From positions 1-58,385 of IMG/VR virus record IMGVR_UViG_3300048839_001124: DNA of 58,385 nucleotides; one strand, 5' to 3'. Source of the DNA: a virus (lineage: Duplodnaviria > Caudoviricetes). The notes under the pieces are model-generated. The model made no database searches. It was not told the DNA's origin and worked only from the letters and a program-made list of their open reading frames with translations. The position numbers and the translations under genes are program-made. This document shows, piece after piece, positions 18,819-26,849 of this stretch. Positions within the stretch are counted from its first letter, which is position 1, and each line of letters opens with the position of its first letter.

Positions 18819-19041
18819 ATATAATTTATTATTAGCTGTTAAGCTTTTGCTGTTGGTTCTTAGAAATCCGCATCTGCGTTTCGGTCAAATATTGGTTGTG
18901 TTCGAATATGTAAAGCACACTCGACCAGTAAGGCAAGAAACAGCCGACGCGCACAGGGTAGAGTGGAAAGACGAATTCTACCTTGAGCCGAAAGAACTCT
19001 CTGAGAGAGTATCGAAACGCTGGAATAATATTAAGGCTTAA
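18799..19041 (+). CDS. Hypothetical phage protein (PxLRFGQ motif)
   Basis: NPHLRFGQIL...DEFYLE pattern typical of small phage proteins. Confidence 0.55.
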   Translation: MTQKRFRYNLLLAVKLLLLVLRNPHLRFGQILVVFEYVKHTRPVRQETADAHRVEWKDEFYLEPKELSERVSKRWNNIKA

Positions 19042-19450
19042 ACCAACGCTTACCCGATGCTGGAGCTACGGTTTGAAAATGACACCAATTACTTGTAGCT
19101 GAAAAATCTTCCATCCACAAGCCAACTTCTTCTAACAAAGTTTCATTCTCAGTACACCATTTTTGTAAATCTTGTTTAGGGTCTGCTATATCTACAGCTT
19201 GGCCAAACAAATGTTTACTCTTTTTTGGAACTTTGGACTCATCAAAAGGTAGCCCTTTTCTTTCAGCTATTTGACGGTAAATTCTTAAATGATCTTCCAT
19301 AGTTCTTAGGCCACTAGTCACTGTCATAGGTTTGCCGTAAGCTTTTCTAATTTTATTTATACGTTCTAATAAAATATTAAGCTCAACTTGAATTTCTTCT
19401 GATTGATCTTCTAATTTTTTACCTTTAAGCAATTCAGACATAGATAGCAT
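19031..19450 (-). CDS. Peptidase M15 family endolysin (Zn D-Ala-D-Ala/L,D-peptidase)
   Basis: VTSGLR, SKHLFGQAVD (SxHxxGxAxD), WCHFQ; start moved to ATG 19450 after AGAGG RBS. Confidence 0.85.
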   Translation of the reverse strand: MLSMSELLKGKKLEDQSEEIQVELNILLERINKIRKAYGKPMTVTSGLRTMEDHLRIYRQIAERKGLPFDESKVPKKSKHLFGQAVDIADPKQDLQKWCTENETLLEEVGLWMEDFSATSNWCHFQTVAPASGKRWFKP

Positions 19451-19481
19451 ATAAACCTCTTCTTTGGGTAAAGATTGAGAA

Positions 19482-19667
19482 TTACTTTGTTTTGGACTTT
19501 TTTGGAAAAATTGGAATAGGTTTTTCAAGATGCTTATTAAGTTCATTTTTACCGTCCTTATCGTGACAGTATCCACACGAAGGACACTTTTTATATCCAA
19601 GAATAGCCAATTTGGGCTCCAACATATCAAGCATATAAGCTATGCAAATCGGACAAATATTATTCAT
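19482..19667 (-). CDS. Small zinc-ribbon protein
   Basis: CPIC...CPSCGYC; overlaps the stop of the upstream endonuclease gene. Confidence 0.5.
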   Translation of the reverse strand: MNNICPICIAYMLDMLEPKLAILGYKKCPSCGYCHDKDGKNELNKHLEKPIPIFPKKSKTK

Positions 19668-20127
19668 TTTTACTCAAATATTCTAAGGCTGAAAGCACTA
19701 AATCCTTACTGTCTTTTAGGCAGCCTATACCTTTATTGCAATTATCGCAAAGGAGACCTCTAATCTTGCCAGTAGAGTGATTATGATCTATACAAAACCT
19801 TTTTTTGTGCTTATTTACTGGATTGTTTGTTTTACAAATAGCACATAAGCCACCTTGTTCCACAAGAAGTTTTTCATATATTTCTAATGAAGCACCGTAT
19901 CGCCATCTTAATTTATAATCTTTTCTTTTATCTGGATTTTTTCGTTGATATGATAAAGCCTTTATTTTCAGGACTTCTTTGTTGGATTTCTTATATAAGC
20001 TTTGAACCTTTTTGTCACAGCCTTTACATCGGCTTCTTTTTCTAAAGGGTTTACTTTTTGTTGGATTTGCATTAAAGCTTTCAATAGGAAGTTCTACTGC
20101 ACAACAAGTACAAATTTTTGTTTCCAT
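19660..20127 (-). CDS. Endonuclease VII-family (HNH) homing endonuclease
   Basis: QGGLCAIC, IDHNHSTGKIRGLLCDNCNKGIG; N-terminal CxxC..CxxC; GGAGG RBS. Confidence 0.88.
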   Translation of the reverse strand: METKICTCCAVELPIESFNANPTKSKPFRKRSRCKGCDKKVQSLYKKSNKEVLKIKALSYQRKNPDKRKDYKLRWRYGASLEIYEKLLVEQGGLCAICKTNNPVNKHKKRFCIDHNHSTGKIRGLLCDNCNKGIGCLKDSKDLVLSALEYLSKNE

Positions 20128-20171
20128 TATAAACCCTCCACTAAACAGATATTGACACTTTAAAGACTAGT

Positions 20172-20534
20172 TTAAGGCCTTCTTTTTCTTAAGCTCTTAA
20201 CTGTCTCAAAGACAGGCACTTCAATATAAGTTTGTAACTCAACTTGATTGCCAGAAGCGTCCATTATGGGATTTCCTTCTGAGTCGAAAGCTTGCTTCTT
20301 TATTGGTTGACCTTGATCACATAAACAAGGCTGCCTAACCGTGCCGACCTGGACTTGAACCATCTCTGGAACAAGGTCGTAAGCCAATTCGTCGGCCAGA
20401 TCGTTAGGCACCGGAATGTGCTCTACTTGGCCTGGGTTGCCCCATGGGCCTCCAAACTTAGAGATGTTTGGCTCGTTTGACTCATAGATATGAAGAGTGG
20501 CTCCGGTATTTTTGTCTACTATGGCTATCTTCAT
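20172..20534 (-). CDS. Hypothetical protein (tail-fibre associated)
   Basis: 120-aa ORF coupled to the fibre chaperone gene; GC-rich. Confidence 0.6.
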   Translation of the reverse strand: MKIAIVDKNTGATLHIYESNEPNISKFGGPWGNPGQVEHIPVPNDLADELAYDLVPEMVQVQVGTVRQPCLCDQGQPIKKQAFDSEGNPIMDASGNQVELQTYIEVPVFETVKSLRKRRP

Positions 20535-20899
20535 TACTCATAATCCTGAGACAGTTCTAGTTCGGCAAAGGCGTCAAAATCTCTTATGCTTTCTACAGAC
20601 TCTAGTCCGTCAATCTCTGTCTGAGCCGCTTCGGGAAGGTCTCTTAATATATTTGCATCGGCCTTGATCGCCGTAGTAGAGGCACTGGTTTTCTGAGCTA
20701 TAAGGAAAGCAACGTCATTTTTCTGAAGCATGGCGTTTCTTCTGGCTCTAATCTCGGCCATCTTGTTTCTTCGAGCAAGGTTCAGTTCCTCGGCGGCAAC
20801 CTCTTCGGCGGCCACTTCGGTATACCCTGGAGGAATAGAGCCGTTAAGAGAGATCAATTCCATCACATTGTTTTCAGAATCCTTGATTAACTTTTTCAT
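20534..20899 (-). CDS. Tail fibre assembly chaperone-like protein
   Basis: AEIRARRNAMLQKND...ILRDLPE motif; immediately downstream of a fibre gene. Confidence 0.65.
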   Translation of the reverse strand: MKKLIKDSENNVMELISLNGSIPPGYTEVAAEEVAAEELNLARRNKMAEIRARRNAMLQKNDVAFLIAQKTSASTTAIKADANILRDLPEAAQTEIDGLESVESIRDFDAFAELELSQDYE

Positions 20900-23097
20900 T
20901 ATTCAGACTCCTCTTCATCGGCAAGCTCTCCATAAAACGCTAAGCAAAAAGATCCAGTCACCTGAGCACCAGATACGTTATATGTAATAATTTCGACCAT
21001 ATTTGATCTTTGTGTATCTATTCTAATGCCAGACACTCCAGCATTTCCACCAAATAAATTTATTGAAGAAACAGCTATATATTTATTAGTTTTAAATGGT
21101 TTTTCAAAAAATATATCTTTTACAGCAGCAGAGATTGATAAAACCGAACTTATATTATAAGAATCTTCTATTCTATTATTAAAAGCATCAAATAATACCC
21201 AAGCTTTGGCCTTGCTCAAGTCTATGCCGCTTTGGCTGGTTTCTTTTTGAAGCTTGATTGCTGGGCCAACCGACAGAGAGCCAGCCTTATCATTGGGAAA
21301 GTGAATTTTAGAATCTATGAAAGCGCCAGTGATCTCTAGTCCGCCAGTGCCAGCGGTTTTTGTAATCTTAATTGTGTGTTGGCCAAGGCCGAGGCCAGAA
21401 AACTCGATTCTTACTGGCTCATTGTTTGCTGTGCCAGCTGCGGTGTAGCTGCCTCCGCCTCCGTTGGTCACGTTGCCTCGCACTACGCCGGAGGCGTTCA
21501 GCGCTCCGTCGATCTCGACTGAAAATGTAACTGATGCAGTACTTTCCTGCAACACAGCGACTACGCTGTCTCCGAAAAAGGTTAATTCTGAAGACTGGGT
21601 TGCTGTAGTAGTAAAGAAAACAAAGCCAGCCAAGCTATTTACAGAAGAGGCGTCTAAGGACGTAGTCCAGCCTCCGCCGAGATACAGCCACTCTCTGGTA
21701 TTGGCCTTAAATAACGAGCCTCTAGGAGTCTGAAATGCGTCAGCGGCCAATTCTCCAGCGGCGGTGCTTGCGTCAAAGTCGGCCATCAAATAGTATTCGC
21801 ACACCTCAACGGCCCCATCGGGAATTGACGGCTTCTTAGGGCCGTAAACGATGAAGTCAGAAATTGCTATAGCAGCTGCACCAGATATATACAGTATTTG
21901 TACCGTATGAGTGCCATACGGAAGCCCAGAGACCAGCTTAACAAACCTTTGCGAACCTGCATTTAGAGGGCCATTACTTAGTATTACATTTCCGTCCACT
22001 AGTATGGTATAGTTGGAGCTATCTGACACAGTCCTAGAATTAAATATATCTAGCCCAGTTCCTACAAAAGTTAAAGTTATGGAATCATTTGCCAAAGCGT
22101 GTACGACTCCATTGTCAAGTACCAATACGTCATTTCCAACTAATGTGGTAGTTCCATCATTTAGAGTAAAAGCTCTATTTGACGACACTCCGGCCAGTGT
22201 GCCGAAGTCGTCCGCTCTGACTGCGCCGAACTCCCTGAAATTGTACTTTCTAATAACCTCTTCGTTGGCGTGGTTGGCCGACGATAGATTAAGTTGAGAG
22301 CCGTCGGTTTGCTGAATGACCTTGCCCATCTGGCCGTCTTTGGAGTATATCACTACCCTTCCGCCACGACCATTTAAAACCGGATTGTCGTCAAAGCCAG
22401 AGTTGTAGTCTAATATTTGTAATTCAGGATTAGTATATTTCAATCCACCAACAAAAGCTTCGCCTTGGGGGATTCTGATTTGGCTAGACTGATTCAGTAC
22501 CTCGAAGCCGCTGACTCTGAGTCCGGCCACCGCCGCGTTGCGAACCCTGACTGTGTGAGTGCCTAGAGTGAGACCAGCCGCAACCTTTAGTATTTGGTTC
22601 GGGCTGTAGTTTCTAGCTCTAAGAATGGTGGAGTAGGCCAAGGTCAGGTTTGCCCCTTCGGTGCCGTTGTCCACCACGGCCCTGACGTCCATGCTCGCCG
22701 CAGGAACGATGAGTAAATTTAAACCAGTGCCGTAGAAAGTCACTTCTAAGTAGTCGTTTACTAGAGTCGTTATGGAGTAGCTTCCGTTGGTGTCGGACAG
22801 CTGGTTCCACGTACCCACGAAGCGAAGCCTGTCGTCCGACGACTTGTAGACAAGCTCGCCGTTAGGGCCTTTCTCATCGCTGGATGGCTTAATAGTGGTT
22901 ACGTGAACCCTTTCGACGCCCATGACTGGCTTGAGGGTCTGCTCTGGGTCTGACAGGCGCCTGGGGTTGCCCTGAAGATCGACAATGTTGCTGAACGGCG
23001 CGGACATCTTCGGTGGATTCAGAAAGGTAAACTCACTAGCTTTTAACCCAAGAGACTGGCCTACGTTCGCTATGCTTGATTTAGTTTTTAGTGCCAT
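20899..23097 (-). CDS. Tail fibre/receptor-binding protein (3 beta-sandwich repeats plus tip domain)
   Basis: Three TF(x)G(T)G...(V/I)DG...GLxxGxHT(V/I)x(I/V) repeats; C-terminal AKAWVLFD...SYNISSV domain; paralogous to the C-terminus of 26849-32866. Confidence 0.7.
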   Translation of the reverse strand: MALKTKSSIANVGQSLGLKASEFTFLNPPKMSAPFSNIVDLQGNPRRLSDPEQTLKPVMGVERVHVTTIKPSSDEKGPNGELVYKSSDDRLRFVGTWNQLSDTNGSYSITTLVNDYLEVTFYGTGLNLLIVPAASMDVRAVVDNGTEGANLTLAYSTILRARNYSPNQILKVAAGLTLGTHTVRVRNAAVAGLRVSGFEVLNQSSQIRIPQGEAFVGGLKYTNPELQILDYNSGFDDNPVLNGRGGRVVIYSKDGQMGKVIQQTDGSQLNLSSANHANEEVIRKYNFREFGAVRADDFGTLAGVSSNRAFTLNDGTTTLVGNDVLVLDNGVVHALANDSITLTFVGTGLDIFNSRTVSDSSNYTILVDGNVILSNGPLNAGSQRFVKLVSGLPYGTHTVQILYISGAAAIAISDFIVYGPKKPSIPDGAVEVCEYYLMADFDASTAAGELAADAFQTPRGSLFKANTREWLYLGGGWTTSLDASSVNSLAGFVFFTTTATQSSELTFFGDSVVAVLQESTASVTFSVEIDGALNASGVVRGNVTNGGGGSYTAAGTANNEPVRIEFSGLGLGQHTIKITKTAGTGGLEITGAFIDSKIHFPNDKAGSLSVGPAIKLQKETSQSGIDLSKAKAWVLFDAFNNRIEDSYNISSVLSISAAVKDIFFEKPFKTNKYIAVSSINLFGGNAGVSGIRIDTQRSNMVEIITYNVSGAQVTGSFCLAFYGELADEEESE

Positions 23098-23119
23098 AAT
23101 TTATCCTATCGTCTCCATA

Positions 23120-24208
23120 TTAAAATCTAGCGTCCGATACCCATTGGCCTGAGTGTCCGTTAACTGCGTTAGTAATGGCCGTATTTGCTACGTTAAATCC
23201 ACTTACTCCGTTAGAGCCTGCGGAAATAGCAAAAGAAACAGGAGTTCCACCTCTATCAAAAGTTCCAACCGCTCCTGTTACTGTATTGTAAAAAGTTACC
23301 GTTGGTGTGGCCCTTTTTGAAGTCTTATAATGAACTTGAACCACAGCATTGCCTGATACAGTACTTATAGATATAACAAAAAGTGTTCCAGCCGTAGCGG
23401 CAGGCGTTCCTGGGGTTACGTCTAAATCGTAACTCTTCTCGTAGTATCTCTGACTCATAGCCAATTCATCTTGAAAATTCTTACCAGCTCTAACAAAGTT
23501 ATATCCAGCAGCAGTCAGAGCAGACCAGTCTCCAGGCAGAACCATTACTCCAGTAATATTAAAATCATGAGTAGTTCCAGTAAGCCAAGAAGTATCTTCA
23601 CCTATACCGCTAGAAAAGTTACCTGCTACCCATTGATTTAATGATGATGTTTGATAAGTAGTTCCAGTGACTATGTCCCAACCAATGACTGCGCCTGCTC
23701 CGTTGGTTCTTTCTACAGTGCCTGGGCAAGAGGATATAGCTGGAAAAGATAAAACTTTTAATTCCCAAGTGTTTGCTGAAGCTATATTATATTGCTGAAC
23801 GTATGAGTGACTAAAAGAAGCGTTTCTAACTGAGCAGCTTCTGTTAGAAGCTACAGAAGATTTAACCCAAAATATAAGTGACCATTCATTGTTGTATATT
23901 CTATTAAGGTCATAACCTTCTACGTGATAATGCATAATTTGTCTAGTGCCAGCAGCTAACGTACCAGCAGCAGTTTTAGATACTTGGTTTGAGTAAATCA
24001 AATTAGTGCCAGATGGAGTAGAAGATTGTCTAGAGTTAGTCATAGTTACTCCAGACGAGATGTTGTTATACTGGAATAACACTCCACCATAGGCTGAAGT
24101 ATTATTTGCTACGGAACGGGAAGTTCCTTCAGGCCAAAGTTCCATACCGCCATCAATTACAAGATTGGATTCAAGACGATTTATACGTGGACTAAGATTT
24201 TGCTTCAT
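23120..24208 (-). CDS. Tail fibre-related protein
   Basis: NLVIDGGMELW start, ELAMSQRYYEKSY and KRATPTV motifs typical of phage fibre proteins. Confidence 0.7.
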   Translation of the reverse strand: MKQNLSPRINRLESNLVIDGGMELWPEGTSRSVANNTSAYGGVLFQYNNISSGVTMTNSRQSSTPSGTNLIYSNQVSKTAAGTLAAGTRQIMHYHVEGYDLNRIYNNEWSLIFWVKSSVASNRSCSVRNASFSHSYVQQYNIASANTWELKVLSFPAISSCPGTVERTNGAGAVIGWDIVTGTTYQTSSLNQWVAGNFSSGIGEDTSWLTGTTHDFNITGVMVLPGDWSALTAAGYNFVRAGKNFQDELAMSQRYYEKSYDLDVTPGTPAATAGTLFVISISTVSGNAVVQVHYKTSKRATPTVTFYNTVTGAVGTFDRGGTPVSFAISAGSNGVSGFNVANTAITNAVNGHSGQWVSDARF

Positions 24209-24210
24209 AG

Positions 24211-24726
24211 TTAGTTAATCCTTATAAAAATATTTACAGCAATATTTTTAGGTCTAGTTTCTGTAGATGTTCTTGCTCCGACAGAATTGCTTGCATTAAA
24301 AGTAACATCTGATCCGGCATTGCCTCCAGATGCTATACCATTATTGCCAGCAGCAGACGCTGTTCTAGTGAGCGCTCCTGACGCTACATGAGTTCCAGCA
24401 GTAGAAATAGTGCCAACATTTGTTATTGATCCAATTATATTTTGAAGAGCATCGTTTTGAAAATGACCCAAAGCTCTTTCGCCAGCAGCATCCTCATTGC
24501 CATCTGCTCTACCATTGTTTTTACCACGCAGAAATTGTCCACGAGCATCGGGCACATTAGATATTCCAAATTGAGTAGCTAATTTGCTTCCTGCAACAGA
24601 TCTACCATCACATAGAACCCAATTAGATCCTCTGAGTGCTTGAAACTGCGCTTCGCTTAAAATAGAATGCACTATATCGCCTACCGTAGAAACATCGTTA
24701 TTACTTTGTCGTCTTGATTTTGCCAT
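24211..24726 (-). CDS. Tail collar-domain/short fibre protein
   Basis: WVLCDGR, VPDARGQFLRG, QNDALQNI, ETRPKNIAVNIFIRI. Confidence 0.85.
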   Translation of the reverse strand: MAKSRRQSNNDVSTVGDIVHSILSEAQFQALRGSNWVLCDGRSVAGSKLATQFGISNVPDARGQFLRGKNNGRADGNEDAAGERALGHFQNDALQNIIGSITNVGTISTAGTHVASGALTRTASAAGNNGIASGGNAGSDVTFNASNSVGARTSTETRPKNIAVNIFIRIN

Positions 24727-24727
24727 A

Positions 24728-26089
24728 TTATAATCCTAACCATTCGCGAATAGTTTTCTTTTCGATTTTGGTGATTTTTACTTGAGTAAAAATTTCATTA
24801 TCACCAAAAGTTACTGCTGCTCCGCCAATAGCTGCACCTGAAGCTCTCATTTGTATTTCAAATATAGTTGGGCCATTTGTAGAAAATGCGCCCATTATTA
24901 CGCTAGAGTCTCCATCAGTATTTCCAGCAGCTGCTACGTTTTGATCATTAACGGCGCGACCTATTAATACATCAGTTCCACTGGTTATATTTCTTAATTT
25001 AGCTTTGCCAGCAGAACCAGAAGTGTTTGTTACAAATGGACAATCTGCTTCTATAATATAATTTCCTTCTTGAAGAGTAAACTGATTAGAGCTTAAACTA
25101 CAAAAAGTTAAATCGCCTTCTTGAGTATTTAAAGTTCTAGCAGCATAAGATCCTACAGACAAAGCCCCTGCTGCCGTTCCAGAAGGCCTTACATCTTTTA
25201 AATAAGTAGTTTTTCTAATTTCTAATTCTTGATCTAAAATATTTTCTAAATCTAAAACTCTGTCACCAAATGCTTTCAAATCTACGTTGTTCGGAGCGGC
25301 TTGAAAGTCCGTCTCTTCTACGTCGGCCAAAGCAGCCACAGTGGGCACTAATGCGTCGATCTGGCCTTGCAATGCTTCAATCAAGGCAAGCTGAGAGCCA
25401 TTCGGTCTCTCAACCAAGGCCCCAACTGGAATGGCCGAAACTGCTCTGTCATTGATCAGGTCTACGTTGTTAAATCGGATTAAGGTGCCTAGTCCAGCTC
25501 CAGCGTGGACCTCGTAGTAGTCGCCTGTCACACCTGGGCCTGGAGGATTGTTGCCTGTGTTTCTGAACACAAGTTGTCCGTCAACAAGAATCATATATAC
25601 GCCATGCTGAGCAATAGCAGAAAATTTACCTACTTCAAAAGGTACACCGATGTTGAAGTCTGATTGAGTGGCAGCTAGTGTACCTGAGATAGGTTGACTA
25701 GAAGCATCTACTAAATTTACAGAAGTCCTAGCATTATGGTCAATGATAATTTCAAATACTTCATTTGCTTCTGCTTCAAAGAGTAGCTTAATCGTAGATG
25801 CTCCGTTAGCTATCCACGCTAGATTTTTTATAAGTGGTCCACGAAGAGAAGAAGCTAATCGAACGTTGTCTTGATAAAACTGAATATTAGTCGAAGTCAA
25901 TTCAGAAGGACTTGGAGCAGCATAGTTTACGGCTGTAGAAGGAGTGGTGAGTGAGCCAAGCTGAATAAGAGTGTCTCCTTCAGCGGCTTCGTGAAGAGCG
26001 CGAGCAACCTTGAAGCCGGTGTTGGTCAATAAGGACTGAGCTACCGGAAGTTTGCGAATTGATTTTGAGCCTTTGCCTGTTACTGACAT
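24728..26089 (-). CDS. Tail fibre-related protein with C1q/TNF-like C-terminal domain
   Basis: Coiled segment followed by RTLNT...NQFTLQEGNYII...FEIQ beta-sandwich; in the fibre cluster. Confidence 0.6.
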   Translation of the reverse strand: MSVTGKGSKSIRKLPVAQSLLTNTGFKVARALHEAAEGDTLIQLGSLTTPSTAVNYAAPSPSELTSTNIQFYQDNVRLASSLRGPLIKNLAWIANGASTIKLLFEAEANEVFEIIIDHNARTSVNLVDASSQPISGTLAATQSDFNIGVPFEVGKFSAIAQHGVYMILVDGQLVFRNTGNNPPGPGVTGDYYEVHAGAGLGTLIRFNNVDLINDRAVSAIPVGALVERPNGSQLALIEALQGQIDALVPTVAALADVEETDFQAAPNNVDLKAFGDRVLDLENILDQELEIRKTTYLKDVRPSGTAAGALSVGSYAARTLNTQEGDLTFCSLSSNQFTLQEGNYIIEADCPFVTNTSGSAGKAKLRNITSGTDVLIGRAVNDQNVAAAGNTDGDSSVIMGAFSTNGPTIFEIQMRASGAAIGGAAVTFGDNEIFTQVKITKIEKKTIREWLGL

Positions 26090-26090
26090 A

Positions 26091-26849
26091 CTATAAATCC
26101 TCTATCGGAGTGTTAGAAAATCCTTGAATCGGAACGCGAGCGTCCACCGACCATGGACAGTTTACTGGAATATTGCCGTTTACGCCTTGCAATTTTCCAC
26201 CGAAACTTGCCCCCGAAAAGCTGGGGAATAGTTCAGTCGCGCCAGCTATAGATATAAGCCCTCCGTCACTGGCCGATGCTGTAAGAAAGGCATGTTGCCC
26301 GAAGCAAACCCCTGTGGTGATTCTGCTAGCTACAACCAAGTTAGTTGGAAGCGAAATGCTGCACTGAGCCGCCGCTCCGCCTGTTTTGGTATATCTACCC
26401 AATACATGAATGAACTCGCCGTCTAAAGTGTAGCTAAAGTGATCGGTCACGCTGATAGTCATATTGGTGTATATTGGCGTATAGTTAATTACCGAGCCGC
26501 CCGAAAATCTTGGCTTTCCCTTAATTTCGATAAACGCACCAAAGCCAGAACCTGTAGCGTTGGCCATCAAAGATCCAACAAGCTTCCACCTTGAATAGCC
26601 AGTTGGGCCAGTAGAATTTTGATTTAAACTAATGACTAAAGAAACCACTCCGGCGGACTGAACGGCGAACACCTGATAACGAGTGTTAGCCGTCACAGCT
26701 GGAAGAGCTACTGATAATTGAGTGGTTACTTTAAACTGTTGTCCACCAATAGTCAAGTAAACTGGACTAGAGACAGAAGCAGCCATCAAGATGTTACCAG
26801 CAGAGTGAGACAGTGTTCCAATTTTATCGTCCCGTAGTTTTTGTCCCAT
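26091..26849 (-). CDS. Tail fibre-related protein
   Basis: ANTRYQVFAV...PTGYSRWKLVG domain followed by YTP...ISLP...VPIQG tip; in the fibre cluster. Confidence 0.6.
   Translation of the reverse strand: MGQKLRDDKIGTLSHSAGNILMAASVSSPVYLTIGGQQFKVTTQLSVALPAVTANTRYQVFAVQSAGVVSLVISLNQNSTGPTGYSRWKLVGSLMANATGSGFGAFIEIKGKPRFSGGSVINYTPIYTNMTISVTDHFSYTLDGEFIHVLGRYTKTGGAAAQCSISLPTNLVVASRITTGVCFGQHAFLTASASDGGLISIAGATELFPSFSGASFGGKLQGVNGNIPVNCPWSVDARVPIQGFSNTPIEDL

Noticed and set aside
19451-19630. N-terminal extension of the M15 endolysin given in the ORF track (possible signal/SAR segment)
   Set aside because: It overlaps the Zn-ribbon ORF, and a good AGAGG RBS precedes ATG 19450
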